Positions 43,318-52,407 of a DNA stretch of 64,000 nt are shown one piece after another (the stretch's first letter is position 1; every line of letters begins with the position of its first letter). Origin of the DNA: Dehalococcoidia bacterium. GTDB lineage: Bacteria; Chloroflexota; Dehalococcoidia; Lucifugimonadales; Australimonadaceae. The notes beneath the pieces are model-generated. The model saw only the letters and a program-made list of their open reading frames with translations, was not told where the DNA came from and did no database searches. The DNA lies in contig OZ242210.1 of the NCBI GenBank assembly GCA_965206315.1, forward strand, positions 2,641,619 to 2,705,618, written 5' to 3'. The translations under genes and the position numbers were made by a program.

Positions 43318-44400
43318 ATGACATCCAAGCCCACCCCCGAAGGCACGCACGTCAAGCCGACGCCGGACGACCTGTTCTTCCACCACGACGTGTGCGTGGA
43401 GACACGCTGGGAGAACCTGTACGGACGCGGGTACCTGACGCCCGCATCGCTGTTCTACATCCGGAACCACGGGCCGACACCCATCATCGACCAAAAGACG
43501 TGGCGGCTGAGCGTGGAAGGGCCGGGCGTGGAGAACCCGCTGAGCATCAGCTACGACGAGCTGCTGCGGATGCCGTCGGTGACGGTGACGCGCTTCATCG
43601 AGTGCGCGGGCAACGGGCGCATCTTCTTCAAGGAGTACCAGGGAGAGATGCCGAAGGGACGCCCGTGGCGCTACGGCTCCTACGCTGTCGCCGAGTGGAC
43701 CGGCGTGCCGCTGCGCGAGATCCTGGAGCGCGCGCGCATCAAGCCGACAGCCGTCGACGTGATGCCGACGGGACTGGACGAGGCCGCCGTGGAACGCCCC
43801 ATGCCGGTGTCCAAGGCTATGGAGCCGGACACCATCGTCGCGTACGCGATGAACGGCGACCTCATACCGCCCGACCACGGCTTCCCTGCACGGGTTGTCG
43901 TTCCCGGATGGGTCGGCGTCAACAGCATCAAATGGGTGGGGAAGATCGTCGTATGCGAAGAGCCCATCTACGTCATGCGGAACACGGAAGAGTACGTGCT
44001 GGAAGGGCCGGACTTTCCGCCCGAACCCCCGGCGTGGGGGCCCATCCTCACCACGACGCCGGTCCGCTCCGGGATCGCCATGGCGTGGCCGGGGACGCTG
44101 CAGGCCGGCACGCAGGCGATCCGGGGCTTCGCGTGGTCCGGCCACGGTAGCATCAGCCGGGTCGAGTACAGCCTTGACGACGGGAAGACGTGGGCCGACG
44201 CCTGCATCCAGGAGCCGAACATCCCGAAGGGCGGCTGCCGCTGGGAGTTCATCTGGGACGCGACGCCGGGCGAGCACACTATCACGATGCGGGCGACCGA
44301 CAGCGCCGGGAACACGCAGCCGGAGCCCGACGCGATGAAATGGAACGAGCGAGGCTACGACTTCTGGGCGGCGGTGCCGCATCCGGTGACGGTGGTGTGA
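43318..44400 (+). CDS. sulfite-oxidase-family molybdopterin oxidoreductase (no signal peptide)
   Basis: AGGAGG RBS. The Moco-binding Cys context is TRFIECAGNGR. It also has GFPARVVVPGWVGVNSIKWV and a C-terminal Ig-like dimerisation domain pattern. Confidence 0.85.
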   Translation: MTSKPTPEGTHVKPTPDDLFFHHDVCVETRWENLYGRGYLTPASLFYIRNHGPTPIIDQKTWRLSVEGPGVENPLSISYDELLRMPSVTVTRFIECAGNGRIFFKEYQGEMPKGRPWRYGSYAVAEWTGVPLREILERARIKPTAVDVMPTGLDEAAVERPMPVSKAMEPDTIVAYAMNGDLIPPDHGFPARVVVPGWVGVNSIKWVGKIVVCEEPIYVMRNTEEYVLEGPDFPPEPPAWGPILTTTPVRSGIAMAWPGTLQAGTQAIRGFAWSGHGSISRVEYSLDDGKTWADACIQEPNIPKGGCRWEFIWDATPGEHTITMRATDSAGNTQPEPDAMKWNERGYDFWAAVPHPVTVV

Positions 44401-44419
44401 GGGGCTCTGCGCCCCTACG

Positions 44420-44786
44420 CCGGACGCCCTCACCCGCCCAAGCGCGTCGATCTCTCCCCGAGGGCGAGATGGGGAGCATACAGGGCACCCACGAGCGACG
44501 CCCCTACACCAGACGGGGTTCCTGCCTTCGCAGGAACGACGGAGTTGTGCTCCGTCCGGAATGACACGCCGCGCCGCCGCCCTGCCGCAGGGCCCTCACC
44601 CGCCGCGCAAGCGCGTCGACCTCTCCCCGAGGGAGAGGTGAGGAGACACGGCCCCGAGAGATTCCTCGACTGCACCACCGGCTAGGTCGACGGCTCCGCC
44701 CGGAATGACAATCCGCCCCACCTCTCACTGACCCCGCCGCGTGACCTGCCCGGTCACTCTGGATTCCCGCCAGTGCGGGAATGACG
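44420..44786. repeat. large intergenic repeat cluster (B, C, A', B, D-like, A-long inverted)
   Basis: The cluster contains ccctcacccgcccaagcgcgtcgatctctccccgagggcgagatgggg, gggcacccacgagcgacgcccctaca, ggttcctgccttcgcaggaacgacgg, ccctcacccgccgcgcaagcgcgtcgacctctccccgagggagaggtgagg and gcgtgacctgcccggtcactctggattcccgccagtgcgggaatgacgg. Confidence 0.9.
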
Positions 44787-44805
44787 GAGCTGCGCTCCGC
44801 TCGGT

Positions 44806-46185
44806 TCAGGAGCGATCGCGGAGCTCCTGCAGGCCGACAGCGGCCTCGCGGCGCAGCCTGTCGGCGGTCACGCGCTCCTGGTCCACGGTCTTGAAGGCGT
44901 CGACGGTGAAGGGACGCCATGAGTTGCGCAGGGCGCGTACGGCCCCCTCTTCCCTCTCGACCGCCTCGACCAGCAGGTTGTACATGGGCAGCAGGTAGCC
45001 GGACCGGGGGAGACTCCGCACCTCGCGACCGAGGTCGCCCATGCGCAGGTTGAAGCCGTCCAGGGACCGGAGCACCCCGGCGCGGTCGCACCCGCCGTCG
45101 GTCCTGCGCCAGTCGCCGTAGCGCTCGTGGAAGGCGTCCCACTTCACGATGAGGGCCGCGTAGTGGGCCTCGAAGTTCTCGACCTCCGCGAGCTTCTCCT
45201 CCGGGTCGTCGTCGACCAGCAGCCTGACCGTCCGTCCGGCCCGCTCGAGGGTTGCTTCGCTCTCTTCGAAGACGGCGTCCATCTCATCCAGGGGAGAGCG
45301 CGGTGGCGGGGCCTGGCCCTCGAGGAGAGCGGCAAGGTTCTCCTGCATCTTCGCATGCACCGCGAGCAGGGCCTCGCGCTCGGCCTCCGCCGTCGCCCGA
45401 AGCGTCGCGGCGACGCCTTCGGTGGCGCCCTCCGCGGAGAGTCCGGACACCGCCTCGACTATCGCGTCGAACCGGGCGACAAGCAGTTCGAGTTCAGCGA
45501 CGACCGCGAAGGGGTCCATCTGGGCCGCCGCCTCCTGTAGTCCGGCGTAGTCGTCGTGGAACTCGTTCCAGTCGTCGCCGACGGCATCGAGGGCGCCGGA
45601 GAACCTCATTAACGCCGCCCGCTCTCCGGGCCCGGCGGCTGCCTCCAACTGCTCGCGCAGCTCCAAGGCCATGTCTTCGACGCGCCTCTGGGCCCGAGCG
45701 GAACCGTCGCGGCGCTGTTCAACCTGCTCGAACAGGGAGACGTCGTCAGGCTGCCAGCGGTCACGCAGGTGACGGAACGCCGCCTCTTCATCCTCGGCGG
45801 CCGCGATCACTATGTCGGCGATCTCCCTGGTGGCAGCGGCCCGGGGAAGGTCTCCGGCCTGCGCCGTCACCTCCGCGAAGCCGGCGGCAAAGCCCTGCAG
45901 GGCCTCGTGGACCGAGCTCCTGTGGCAGGAGGTCAGGCCCGCGCGCCAGCGGTCGAAGTCCACGTGGAGCTGGTCCCACTCCTCATCGATGGCCTGCCGT
46001 TGCTCCGCGAACGCATCCATGGCCATGCGGTCGGCGGCCGACAGCGGTCCGACAGTCGAGGCGGGCGGCGCCTCCGGGGGCGCCGTCGGCGGTTGCGTAT
46101 CGGCGGTCTCGCTGCAAGCGACCACCATGGCCAGCAAGAGCGATACCAGGAGCAGCGGAACAAGGGAGCCGAGTCTTACTTTCAT
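44806..46185 (-). CDS. helical lipoprotein with three internal repeats
   Basis: Lipobox LLLAMVVACS. Three modules of about 130 aa share F...(E/K)W(D/N).(L/F)H..(F/Y)..W... C ... LP ... LR..W.P. The second module is degenerate. Confidence 0.7.
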   Translation of the reverse strand: MKVRLGSLVPLLLVSLLLAMVVACSETADTQPPTAPPEAPPASTVGPLSAADRMAMDAFAEQRQAIDEEWDQLHVDFDRWRAGLTSCHRSSVHEALQGFAAGFAEVTAQAGDLPRAAATREIADIVIAAAEDEEAAFRHLRDRWQPDDVSLFEQVEQRRDGSARAQRRVEDMALELREQLEAAAGPGERAALMRFSGALDAVGDDWNEFHDDYAGLQEAAAQMDPFAVVAELELLVARFDAIVEAVSGLSAEGATEGVAATLRATAEAEREALLAVHAKMQENLAALLEGQAPPPRSPLDEMDAVFEESEATLERAGRTVRLLVDDDPEEKLAEVENFEAHYAALIVKWDAFHERYGDWRRTDGGCDRAGVLRSLDGFNLRMGDLGREVRSLPRSGYLLPMYNLLVEAVEREEGAVRALRNSWRPFTVDAFKTVDQERVTADRLRREAAVGLQELRDRS

Positions 46186-46188
46186 GAA

Positions 46189-47496
46189 CTACCTGCCTAC
46201 CCCCACGTAATCAGTCACCAGGTCACCTCTGAACTCGCCGTCCAACAAGCGGTAGACCGCACCAGCCAACGTTGCCGGGCTGTCCGCGAGCACCACCAGG
46301 ACGTGCCGGTCCTGGTTCCGGTCGAGCACGGTAACGAACGTCCCCTCCGGGTCCAGGTCCGGCGTGAAGGGAGTGCCCAGGGTACCGCCGATACGCACCC
46401 CGGCGGCCTGGAGGTACCGGCTCATCGGGAGAGCGTCCTCGTAGAGCCCGAGGAACACGGTGTCCCGGCTCAGGTCCTCGACCCCGCGGACCTCGGACGA
46501 GATGCCGAACTCGGAGAGGCCGTTCTTCATGTCGATGCCTACGTCCCAGAGGGACGGCTGCCCCAGCAGGATGTCCGCGCCCGCTTCCGGGCCGGTCTCG
46601 TAGAAGTGCGGGAAGTCCGCCAGTTCGTACGTGCGTTCGGTCGAGGTGAGGTAGTCGGCGATGTTGGATATGAGCCTGCCGTTGTCCAGCAGTGAGTCCT
46701 GCGGAGGGACCATGAAGGTCAGGTCGGCTATCGCCAGCACGTTGCGGGCGCCGCCCCCTGCGATGGGGTAGAGCCGCTCCAGGTCTTCCACCAGCGACGA
46801 CCTCGTACCGTCGCCGGCGAACGCCAGCCCGGGGCCGGAGGAGCGGATCGAACCGGCGGTGTAGAGGGTTATCGAATCCAGGCCTGCGGTGAGCTCGCCG
46901 GGCTGGAACTCGCTCACGATGATGTTCTGGAAGATCAGGTCGTACTCCGTCATGTCGTAGAGGTAGTCCGGCCGGAACTCCAGTCCGAACCTTCCTGCCA
47001 GCGTGTTGATCCGCTGGGGGCGGGTCGGGTCGGACACCAGCAGGAGTTTGCCGCCCTTGCTCACGAACCGTTCCACGAGGGCGGCCTCGGCTTCGGAGTA
47101 CTCCAATTGCGGAAGGGCGACGACGAGGCTGTCCGCGCGCCGCAGGTCCTCCTCCAGGAGCCGGAGGCGGACACTCTCGTCGTAGGGAGTGAACCCGCCG
47201 AGGAACTCCACGTCATACCCCCGGTTGGCAACCCGTGAAGTGAGGGTGAAGAGCTCGCTCTCCGTGAACGCGTTGCCATGCATGGCGTCCACCACCATGA
47301 GGCCCCGCTTCACCCGGGTCACGGGCGAGTCCACGGATGCATCCGCCGGGAGACGGGGCGCGGCTATCTGTTCATAGGGGATCTCCACCTGGGGCGGCGG
47401 GTCGTACCCCCCTCGGTAGAAGAGGAGGAAGGCCACCCCGAAAGCGACGACGGCGAACGCGGGCAAGAGGGCGAGGAGTGCGAGTTTACGAGCCAT
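46189..47496 (-). CDS. membrane-anchored hypothetical protein (possibly DUF4350/GldG-like)
   Basis: 435-aa ORF with an N-terminal TM anchor. It overlaps the SppA stop by 11 nt. The family suggestion is tentative. Confidence 0.65.
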   Translation of the reverse strand: MARKLALLALLPAFAVVAFGVAFLLFYRGGYDPPPQVEIPYEQIAAPRLPADASVDSPVTRVKRGLMVVDAMHGNAFTESELFTLTSRVANRGYDVEFLGGFTPYDESVRLRLLEEDLRRADSLVVALPQLEYSEAEAALVERFVSKGGKLLLVSDPTRPQRINTLAGRFGLEFRPDYLYDMTEYDLIFQNIIVSEFQPGELTAGLDSITLYTAGSIRSSGPGLAFAGDGTRSSLVEDLERLYPIAGGGARNVLAIADLTFMVPPQDSLLDNGRLISNIADYLTSTERTYELADFPHFYETGPEAGADILLGQPSLWDVGIDMKNGLSEFGISSEVRGVEDLSRDTVFLGLYEDALPMSRYLQAAGVRIGGTLGTPFTPDLDPEGTFVTVLDRNQDRHVLVVLADSPATLAGAVYRLLDGEFRGDLVTDYVGVGR

Positions 47497-48533
47497 TTCC
47501 CACGTACAGGTAGTAGAAGTTCGGTTGGCCTATGCCGAGCGGGAAGTCCGGCAGAGGGTCTGCCTGGTCCGTGCTCAGCTGGCGCTCGAGCATGAGTCCC
47601 CGCAGGGCTTGCAGTCCCGAGACGCCGTTGCCGTTCTCTTCCAGGAAGGCTTCCAGGACAGGGTCGCCCTCATCGAGGTCCGGCAGGAGGAGGTCGAGGG
47701 CGTCGACCAGGTTGGCCCCATCCCCGCTGTCCAGGGGTTCGAGGATCCGCTGCAACTCACGGATGATCTCTATCTGCACCTCGAGGTTGACGTCCACGAG
47801 CCCGTAGTTGGAGATGCCCGCCAGCTCCGCCGCCTTCTCGATAGCGTCGCTGTCGCTGCCGATCTCATCGGCAAGGCCCAGTTTCACGGCGTCCAGGCCG
47901 GAGTAGATCCGTGCCTCGATCAACTCGTCCCAGGAGATGCGCAGCCTGTCCCCCCGTTCGCTGACCACGGTCTGCGCGAAGGCTGACTTCAGCTCGTCCA
48001 CCATCCCGATCCAGTCCCTCCTCGAAGCGCCATCCAGCTTATGCCGACCGCTGAACACCACGTCCTCGCCGGGCACCGGAGGGACCAACGGGTCGGCTCC
48101 GGAGACCACGCCCACGTTCCCCACGAGGGAGGATGGCTTGGCGAAGAGATGGCTGGCGCCCATCGACATCATGTACCCGCCACTGGCAACCAGCCCGTTC
48201 ATGACCACGACGACAGGTTTCTCCGCGCGAAGCGTGCGGGTCTCGAGGTAGAGGTGTTCGCTGGCCGCGGCGCCTCCTCCGGGGGAGGTCAGCTTGATGA
48301 CCACGGCCTGGATGGAGTCGTCCTCACGGGCGTAATCGAGGAGCCTGTCCACCACATAGGCCGAGTCCTCGGTGATCACCGTGAAGGGTATGTCGATGAC
48401 GCCGATCTTCGGCTGTCCGGGAGTAGCATTGGCGAACGTCCACACGCCGATCGCGATGCCCAGAGCAGCCAGCAGCGGCGAGACGACGTACCAGCCGGTC
48501 AGTACTTTCCTCAAACGGGAGAAGAAGCCCACA
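47486..48533 (-). CDS. sppA: signal peptide peptidase SppA (S49, 36K type)
   Basis: GTG start at 48533 (VGFFSRLRKVLTGWYVV..., TM anchor). It has IKLTSPGGG and the catalytic Ser context LVASGGYMM. The upstream half of the 699-aa track ORF is antisense to the hydrolase gene. Confidence 0.85.
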
Positions 48534-48733
48534 CCGCTATTCTCGCCTCTGGACGCCGCCGGTAGCAAGATGGGGGGAGGCCGCCGCGCGACCGTGTACG
48601 CTTGTGCGCACATGCGCGTCTGCGACGCGTTTCTGGATTCCCGCCTTCGCGAGAATGACGGGGGATGCGGTTGACGGGGCGCCCCACGCCTCCCTACCCT
48701 CACGCCCGCCAACCCATGCAACGGAGCGCGACC

Positions 48734-49546
48734 ATGACCACGTCCCCGACCGAACACACCGTGCAAGCCCACGGGCTCGATCTGCACTACCTTGACTGGG
48801 GGAACCCCGACGCGCCGCCCGTGCTGCTGCTGCACGGCCTGCAGGACTCCGCCGCGCTCTGGGGGACGTTCGCAGAGTCGATGCGCAGCGACTTCCACGT
48901 AGTGGCGCTCGACCATCGCGGTCACGGCGACAGCCCGCGCGCGGAGACGTACGCGCTCGCCGACTACATCGCGGAGACGCGGGACGTGGTACGCAACCTG
49001 GGACTCGACGCGCCCGTGCTCATCGGGCACTCGGCGGGCAGCAAGAACGCGTGGATGTGCATCGCGGACAACCCCGGCCTCGCCTCGAAACTGGTCATCA
49101 CCGATATGGACCCGGACTCGTACAACCCGGGCTCCGTCGCGATGATCTCGCGCTACAAGGACGAGACGGACTTCTACGAGAACCGCGCGGCGGTCGTGGA
49201 GCGGCTGCGCTCGCGGCAGCCCAACGCGTCGGACGAGGAGCTGGAGCGGGACGTGGACGCGCTCGCGGTGCAGATCGAGGGAAGGCGCTACACGTGGAAG
49301 CGCAGCCGCGACGTGGTGACGAAGTACGACAGGCCGGACGTGTGGGAGCGTCTGCCGGAGGTCGGCGCGCCGACGCTTATCGTGCGCGGGGCGGACAGCA
49401 CGCTGCTGCGTCACGACGTCGCCGTGCGGATGGAGGCCGCGATACCGGACTGCCGCCTCGTCGAGCTGCCGGGCGGCGGTCACTGGGTGCACCTGGAGCA
49501 GCCGGACGCCTACGCGGCGACCGTGCGGTCGTTCCTGCTGGGGTGA
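48734..49546 (+). CDS. alpha/beta hydrolase
   Basis: ATG 48734, 6 nt after GGAG. It has an HG oxyanion motif (LLLHGLQD), the nucleophile elbow GHSAGS and a C-terminal GGGHW. Confidence 0.85.
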   Translation: MTTSPTEHTVQAHGLDLHYLDWGNPDAPPVLLLHGLQDSAALWGTFAESMRSDFHVVALDHRGHGDSPRAETYALADYIAETRDVVRNLGLDAPVLIGHSAGSKNAWMCIADNPGLASKLVITDMDPDSYNPGSVAMISRYKDETDFYENRAAVVERLRSRQPNASDEELERDVDALAVQIEGRRYTWKRSRDVVTKYDRPDVWERLPEVGAPTLIVRGADSTLLRHDVAVRMEAAIPDCRLVELPGGGHWVHLEQPDAYAATVRSFLLG

Positions 49547-49583
49547 GGGAGTGGTGCCCAGTGATAAGATATGCCGCAGAGGC

Positions 49584-49973
49584 ATGGAAATGCAGCCGGA
49601 CTATCTCGACATACTGACGCTCGAATCGGGCAAGGAGTGGGAAGACATCCACATCCGCGGGCTTGACGTGTCCGTGCGCGACATCCTCACCTTCATGGCC
49701 TCCGGCATGTCCGAGGACCAGATTCTTGCCAAAGTCCCCGAGTTGAAGCGTGAGGACATTCGCGCCTGCCTCGCGTTTGCCGCCGACCGTGAGCGCCGCG
49801 CCACGTCGCTGCCGTCGCACCTGTACTACGACAAGAAGACGAAGCGCATCAAGGCGAAGCCACCCCAGGAGGAGCTGCTCGACCGCATCCGCCAGCGCGT
49901 GAACGCGTCAGGCAGAGGCGTCTCCACAGAGACCATCCTGGCAGCGCTCGACAAGGAATATGATCGTCGTTGA
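49584..49973 (+). CDS. DUF433-containing antitoxin candidate with a C-terminal extension
   Basis: IHIRGLDVSVRDILTFMASGMSEDQILAKVPELKREDIRACLAFAA is a DUF433 core. The tail overlaps the PIN start by 14 nt. Confidence 0.7.
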   Translation: MEMQPDYLDILTLESGKEWEDIHIRGLDVSVRDILTFMASGMSEDQILAKVPELKREDIRACLAFAADRERRATSLPSHLYYDKKTKRIKAKPPQEELLDRIRQRVNASGRGVSTETILAALDKEYDRR

Positions 49974-50358
49974 CGCCTCGGCACTGATCTCGGTTGTAAC
50001 GGGCCAACAACCCGGTGGTGATTGGGTACGCGAGCAACTTCGAGAGCAGCGGCTGTTCAGCCCCCACGTGATGCCCGCTGAAGTCCATAGCGCTCTCAGA
50101 AGCATGGAACTCAGGGGGGAACTCTCGCCAGAAGACGCCACCAGAGCAAGGGATGAGTTCTTCGGGTTCGACTTTGAACTCTATCCTTTCCGCCCATACG
50201 CAGACCGGGTCTGGGCGCTGCGATGGAACCTGAGTTGCTACGACGCGTGGTACGTGGCACTGGCGGAGACGCTCGACTGTCCGCTCGTGACGATCGACCA
50301 CCGACTCAGCCGAGCGGTCGGGCCGGAGTGCGCGTTCGTGACGCCGCCGGACGCGTGA
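49960..50358 (+). CDS. vapC: PIN-domain toxin (VapC-like)
   Basis: MIVVDASALISV..., CYDAWYVALAETLDCPLVTIDHRL. Confidence 0.85.
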   Translation: MIVVDASALISVVTGQQPGGDWVREQLREQRLFSPHVMPAEVHSALRSMELRGELSPEDATRARDEFFGFDFELYPFRPYADRVWALRWNLSCYDAWYVALAETLDCPLVTIDHRLSRAVGPECAFVTPPDA

Positions 50359-50389
50359 CGGGGCACTCCACACCCGCCAGCCCCGCAAG

Positions 50390-50475
50390 GGCCCTCACCC
50401 GCGCATCAAAGATGCGCACCCTCTCCCTCAGGAGAGGGGATTGGCTGCGAGGTTCCTGCCTCCGCAGGAACGACG
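50390..50475. repeat. intergenic repeats (B inverted, A')
   Basis: The repeats are gccctcacccgcgcatcaaagatgcgcaccctctccctcaggagagggg and gcgaggttcctgcctccgcaggaacgacg. Confidence 0.9.
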
Positions 50476-50545
50476 CCCGCCGACTCCCCATGCGGGCGTG
50501 CGGTCTGATAGGCTCTCTCGCAATCTCAGTCCGGCGGAACGTTCC

Positions 50546-51541
50546 ATGGAATTCGGCCTGTACCTGCGCTCCTTCCTCACCGATCGCACGCGCCCGCTCT
50601 ACGAGCAGATAGACGAGCTCGTCGAGATCTGCCACGTGGCTCGCGACAGCGGCTTCTCAGCCGTCACGATGCCGCAGCACTGGGTGTCGCACCCCACGAT
50701 CTGGCCGCAGCCGTTCCAGGTGCTGGCGCGCCTCGCGCCGGAGACCGGCGACATGCGGCTGCTCACCGGCATCGTGCTGCTACCGCTGCACAACCCCGTG
50801 CAGGTGGCGGAGGACGTGGCGACGCTCGACCACATCTGCCGGGGACGGCTCACGTTCGGGGTCGGCATCGGCTACCGCGAGACGGAGCTGGGCGCCGTGG
50901 GCGCCACGCGGCGGGACCGCGTGCCGCGCCTCACCGAGTCGATCGAGATCATGAAGCTGCTGTGGAGCGGGGACGAGGTGAACTACGAGGGACGCTACTG
51001 GACGGTGAGCGAGGCGAAGATGGGCTTCGTGCCCGTGCAGCAGCCGCACCCGCCGATATGGATAGCGTGCCAGAGCGACGGCGCGGTACGGCGCTCTGCC
51101 CGCATCGCGGACGCATGCTACATCGCGCCGCAGGTCGGGCTCTCGGACCTGGGGTCCGTCACGGCTGCCTATCGCGAGGAGCGTGCCGCATCCGGCAACG
51201 GGCCGGGACGGCTCACGCTGACGCGCGGCGTCGCATACGGGAAGGACAAGGCGACCGCGGCAGCCGAGGCGCAGGAGGCCGCAGCGTCGTCGTACAGGAT
51301 GTACAGCACGTGGAACATGCAGGAAGACACGATGCTGAAGATCAACATCGACTCCGACTCGAAGGTCGAGGACTGGGCGATCACCGGCAACGGCGACGAC
51401 TGCCTGGAGCAGTTCGCGGCCATCGCGGAGCACGGCATCGACTACGTGGGCATGACGTTCTACAACCTGCCGAAGACGCTGGAAGCGCGCAAGGAGTACC
51501 TGCAGAGCTTCGCGGAGAACGTGATCCGGCGCTCGCCGTAG
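50546..51541 (+). CDS. LLM-class flavin/F420-dependent oxidoreductase
   Basis: MEFGLYLRSF...FSAVTMPQHW...LTFGVGIGYRETE. The start is placed at ATG 50546; the track ORF starts inside a repeat. Confidence 0.85.
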   Translation: MEFGLYLRSFLTDRTRPLYEQIDELVEICHVARDSGFSAVTMPQHWVSHPTIWPQPFQVLARLAPETGDMRLLTGIVLLPLHNPVQVAEDVATLDHICRGRLTFGVGIGYRETELGAVGATRRDRVPRLTESIEIMKLLWSGDEVNYEGRYWTVSEAKMGFVPVQQPHPPIWIACQSDGAVRRSARIADACYIAPQVGLSDLGSVTAAYREERAASGNGPGRLTLTRGVAYGKDKATAAAEAQEAAASSYRMYSTWNMQEDTMLKINIDSDSKVEDWAITGNGDDCLEQFAAIAEHGIDYVGMTFYNLPKTLEARKEYLQSFAENVIRRSP

Positions 51542-51543
51542 CC

Positions 51544-52407
51544 ATGCGCCCGTTCGAGTACATACGGCCTGCGAGCGTCGCGGAGGCGGTCAACGTCCTC
51601 TCCGAGCGCGGCGAGGACGCGTTCGTGCTCGGAGGCGGCAGCGCGGCGGTCGTCATGCTGCGGCTGGGAGTCGTGCGCCCGGATGTGGTGGTCGACCTCG
51701 GCGGTATCGAGGAGATGCGCGGGCTGCGGCGTAACGGCGGCCTGCACATCGGCGCGCTCGCCAGCATCCGCAGCCTCGAACTGGACGACGGCGTCCGCGC
51801 GGCGTACCCGCTGCTCGCGGAGGCCGCGTCGCAGGTGGCAAACGTGCGCGTGCGGAACGTCGCCACGGTCGGCGGGGCGGTCGCCTACGGCGAGCCGCAG
51901 ACCGACACACCGACGGCGCTCACGGCGTCCGGGGCGGTCGTGCACATCGCGGGCGTCTCCGGCGAGCGCAGCGTACCGATCGACGAGTTCTATGCCGGGC
52001 CGTACGAGACTGTCCTCGAGCAGGGCGAGATCGTGTCGGGGATAGACGTGCCGGAGCCGCCGCCGCACACGGGCGGCGCGCATATCAAGTTCACGGTGGG
52101 GTCGCCAGAGAACAAGCCGGTAGCGAACGCGTCCGCGCTGGTTACGGTCGAGCCGTCGTCCGGAGCGTGCGTGTCGGCGCGCGTCGTGATGGGCGCCGCG
52201 GGGCCTGTGCCGGTCGTCGCGAATGCGGCAGGCGCGCTGGTGGGCGTCGAGGCGTCGCCGGAGCGCATCAAGGAGATCGCCGCAGCGGCGGCGGAAGAGG
52301 CAGACCCGATGGAAGACCTGCGCGGGCCCGAGTGGTACAAGCGCCGGATACTCAGGATAGTGGTGGAGCGAGCGTTGACATGTGCGCTGCAACGGGCCCG
52401 AACGTAA
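51544..52407 (+). CDS. FAD-binding (CoxM-like) medium subunit of a second molybdenum hydroxylase
   Basis: MRPFEYIRPASVAEAV...LGGGSAAVVMLR...NVATVGGAVAYG. It begins 3 nt after the LLM stop. Confidence 0.9.
   Translation: MRPFEYIRPASVAEAVNVLSERGEDAFVLGGGSAAVVMLRLGVVRPDVVVDLGGIEEMRGLRRNGGLHIGALASIRSLELDDGVRAAYPLLAEAASQVANVRVRNVATVGGAVAYGEPQTDTPTALTASGAVVHIAGVSGERSVPIDEFYAGPYETVLEQGEIVSGIDVPEPPPHTGGAHIKFTVGSPENKPVANASALVTVEPSSGACVSARVVMGAAGPVPVVANAAGALVGVEASPERIKEIAAAAAEEADPMEDLRGPEWYKRRILRIVVERALTCALQRART

Noticed and set aside
47486-49585. 699-aa ORF fusing SppA to a long N-terminal extension
   Set aside because: The N-terminal half is antisense to the alpha/beta hydrolase gene and crosses a family-A repeat. 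The SppA homology starts at the TM anchor, so the start was moved to GTG 48533.
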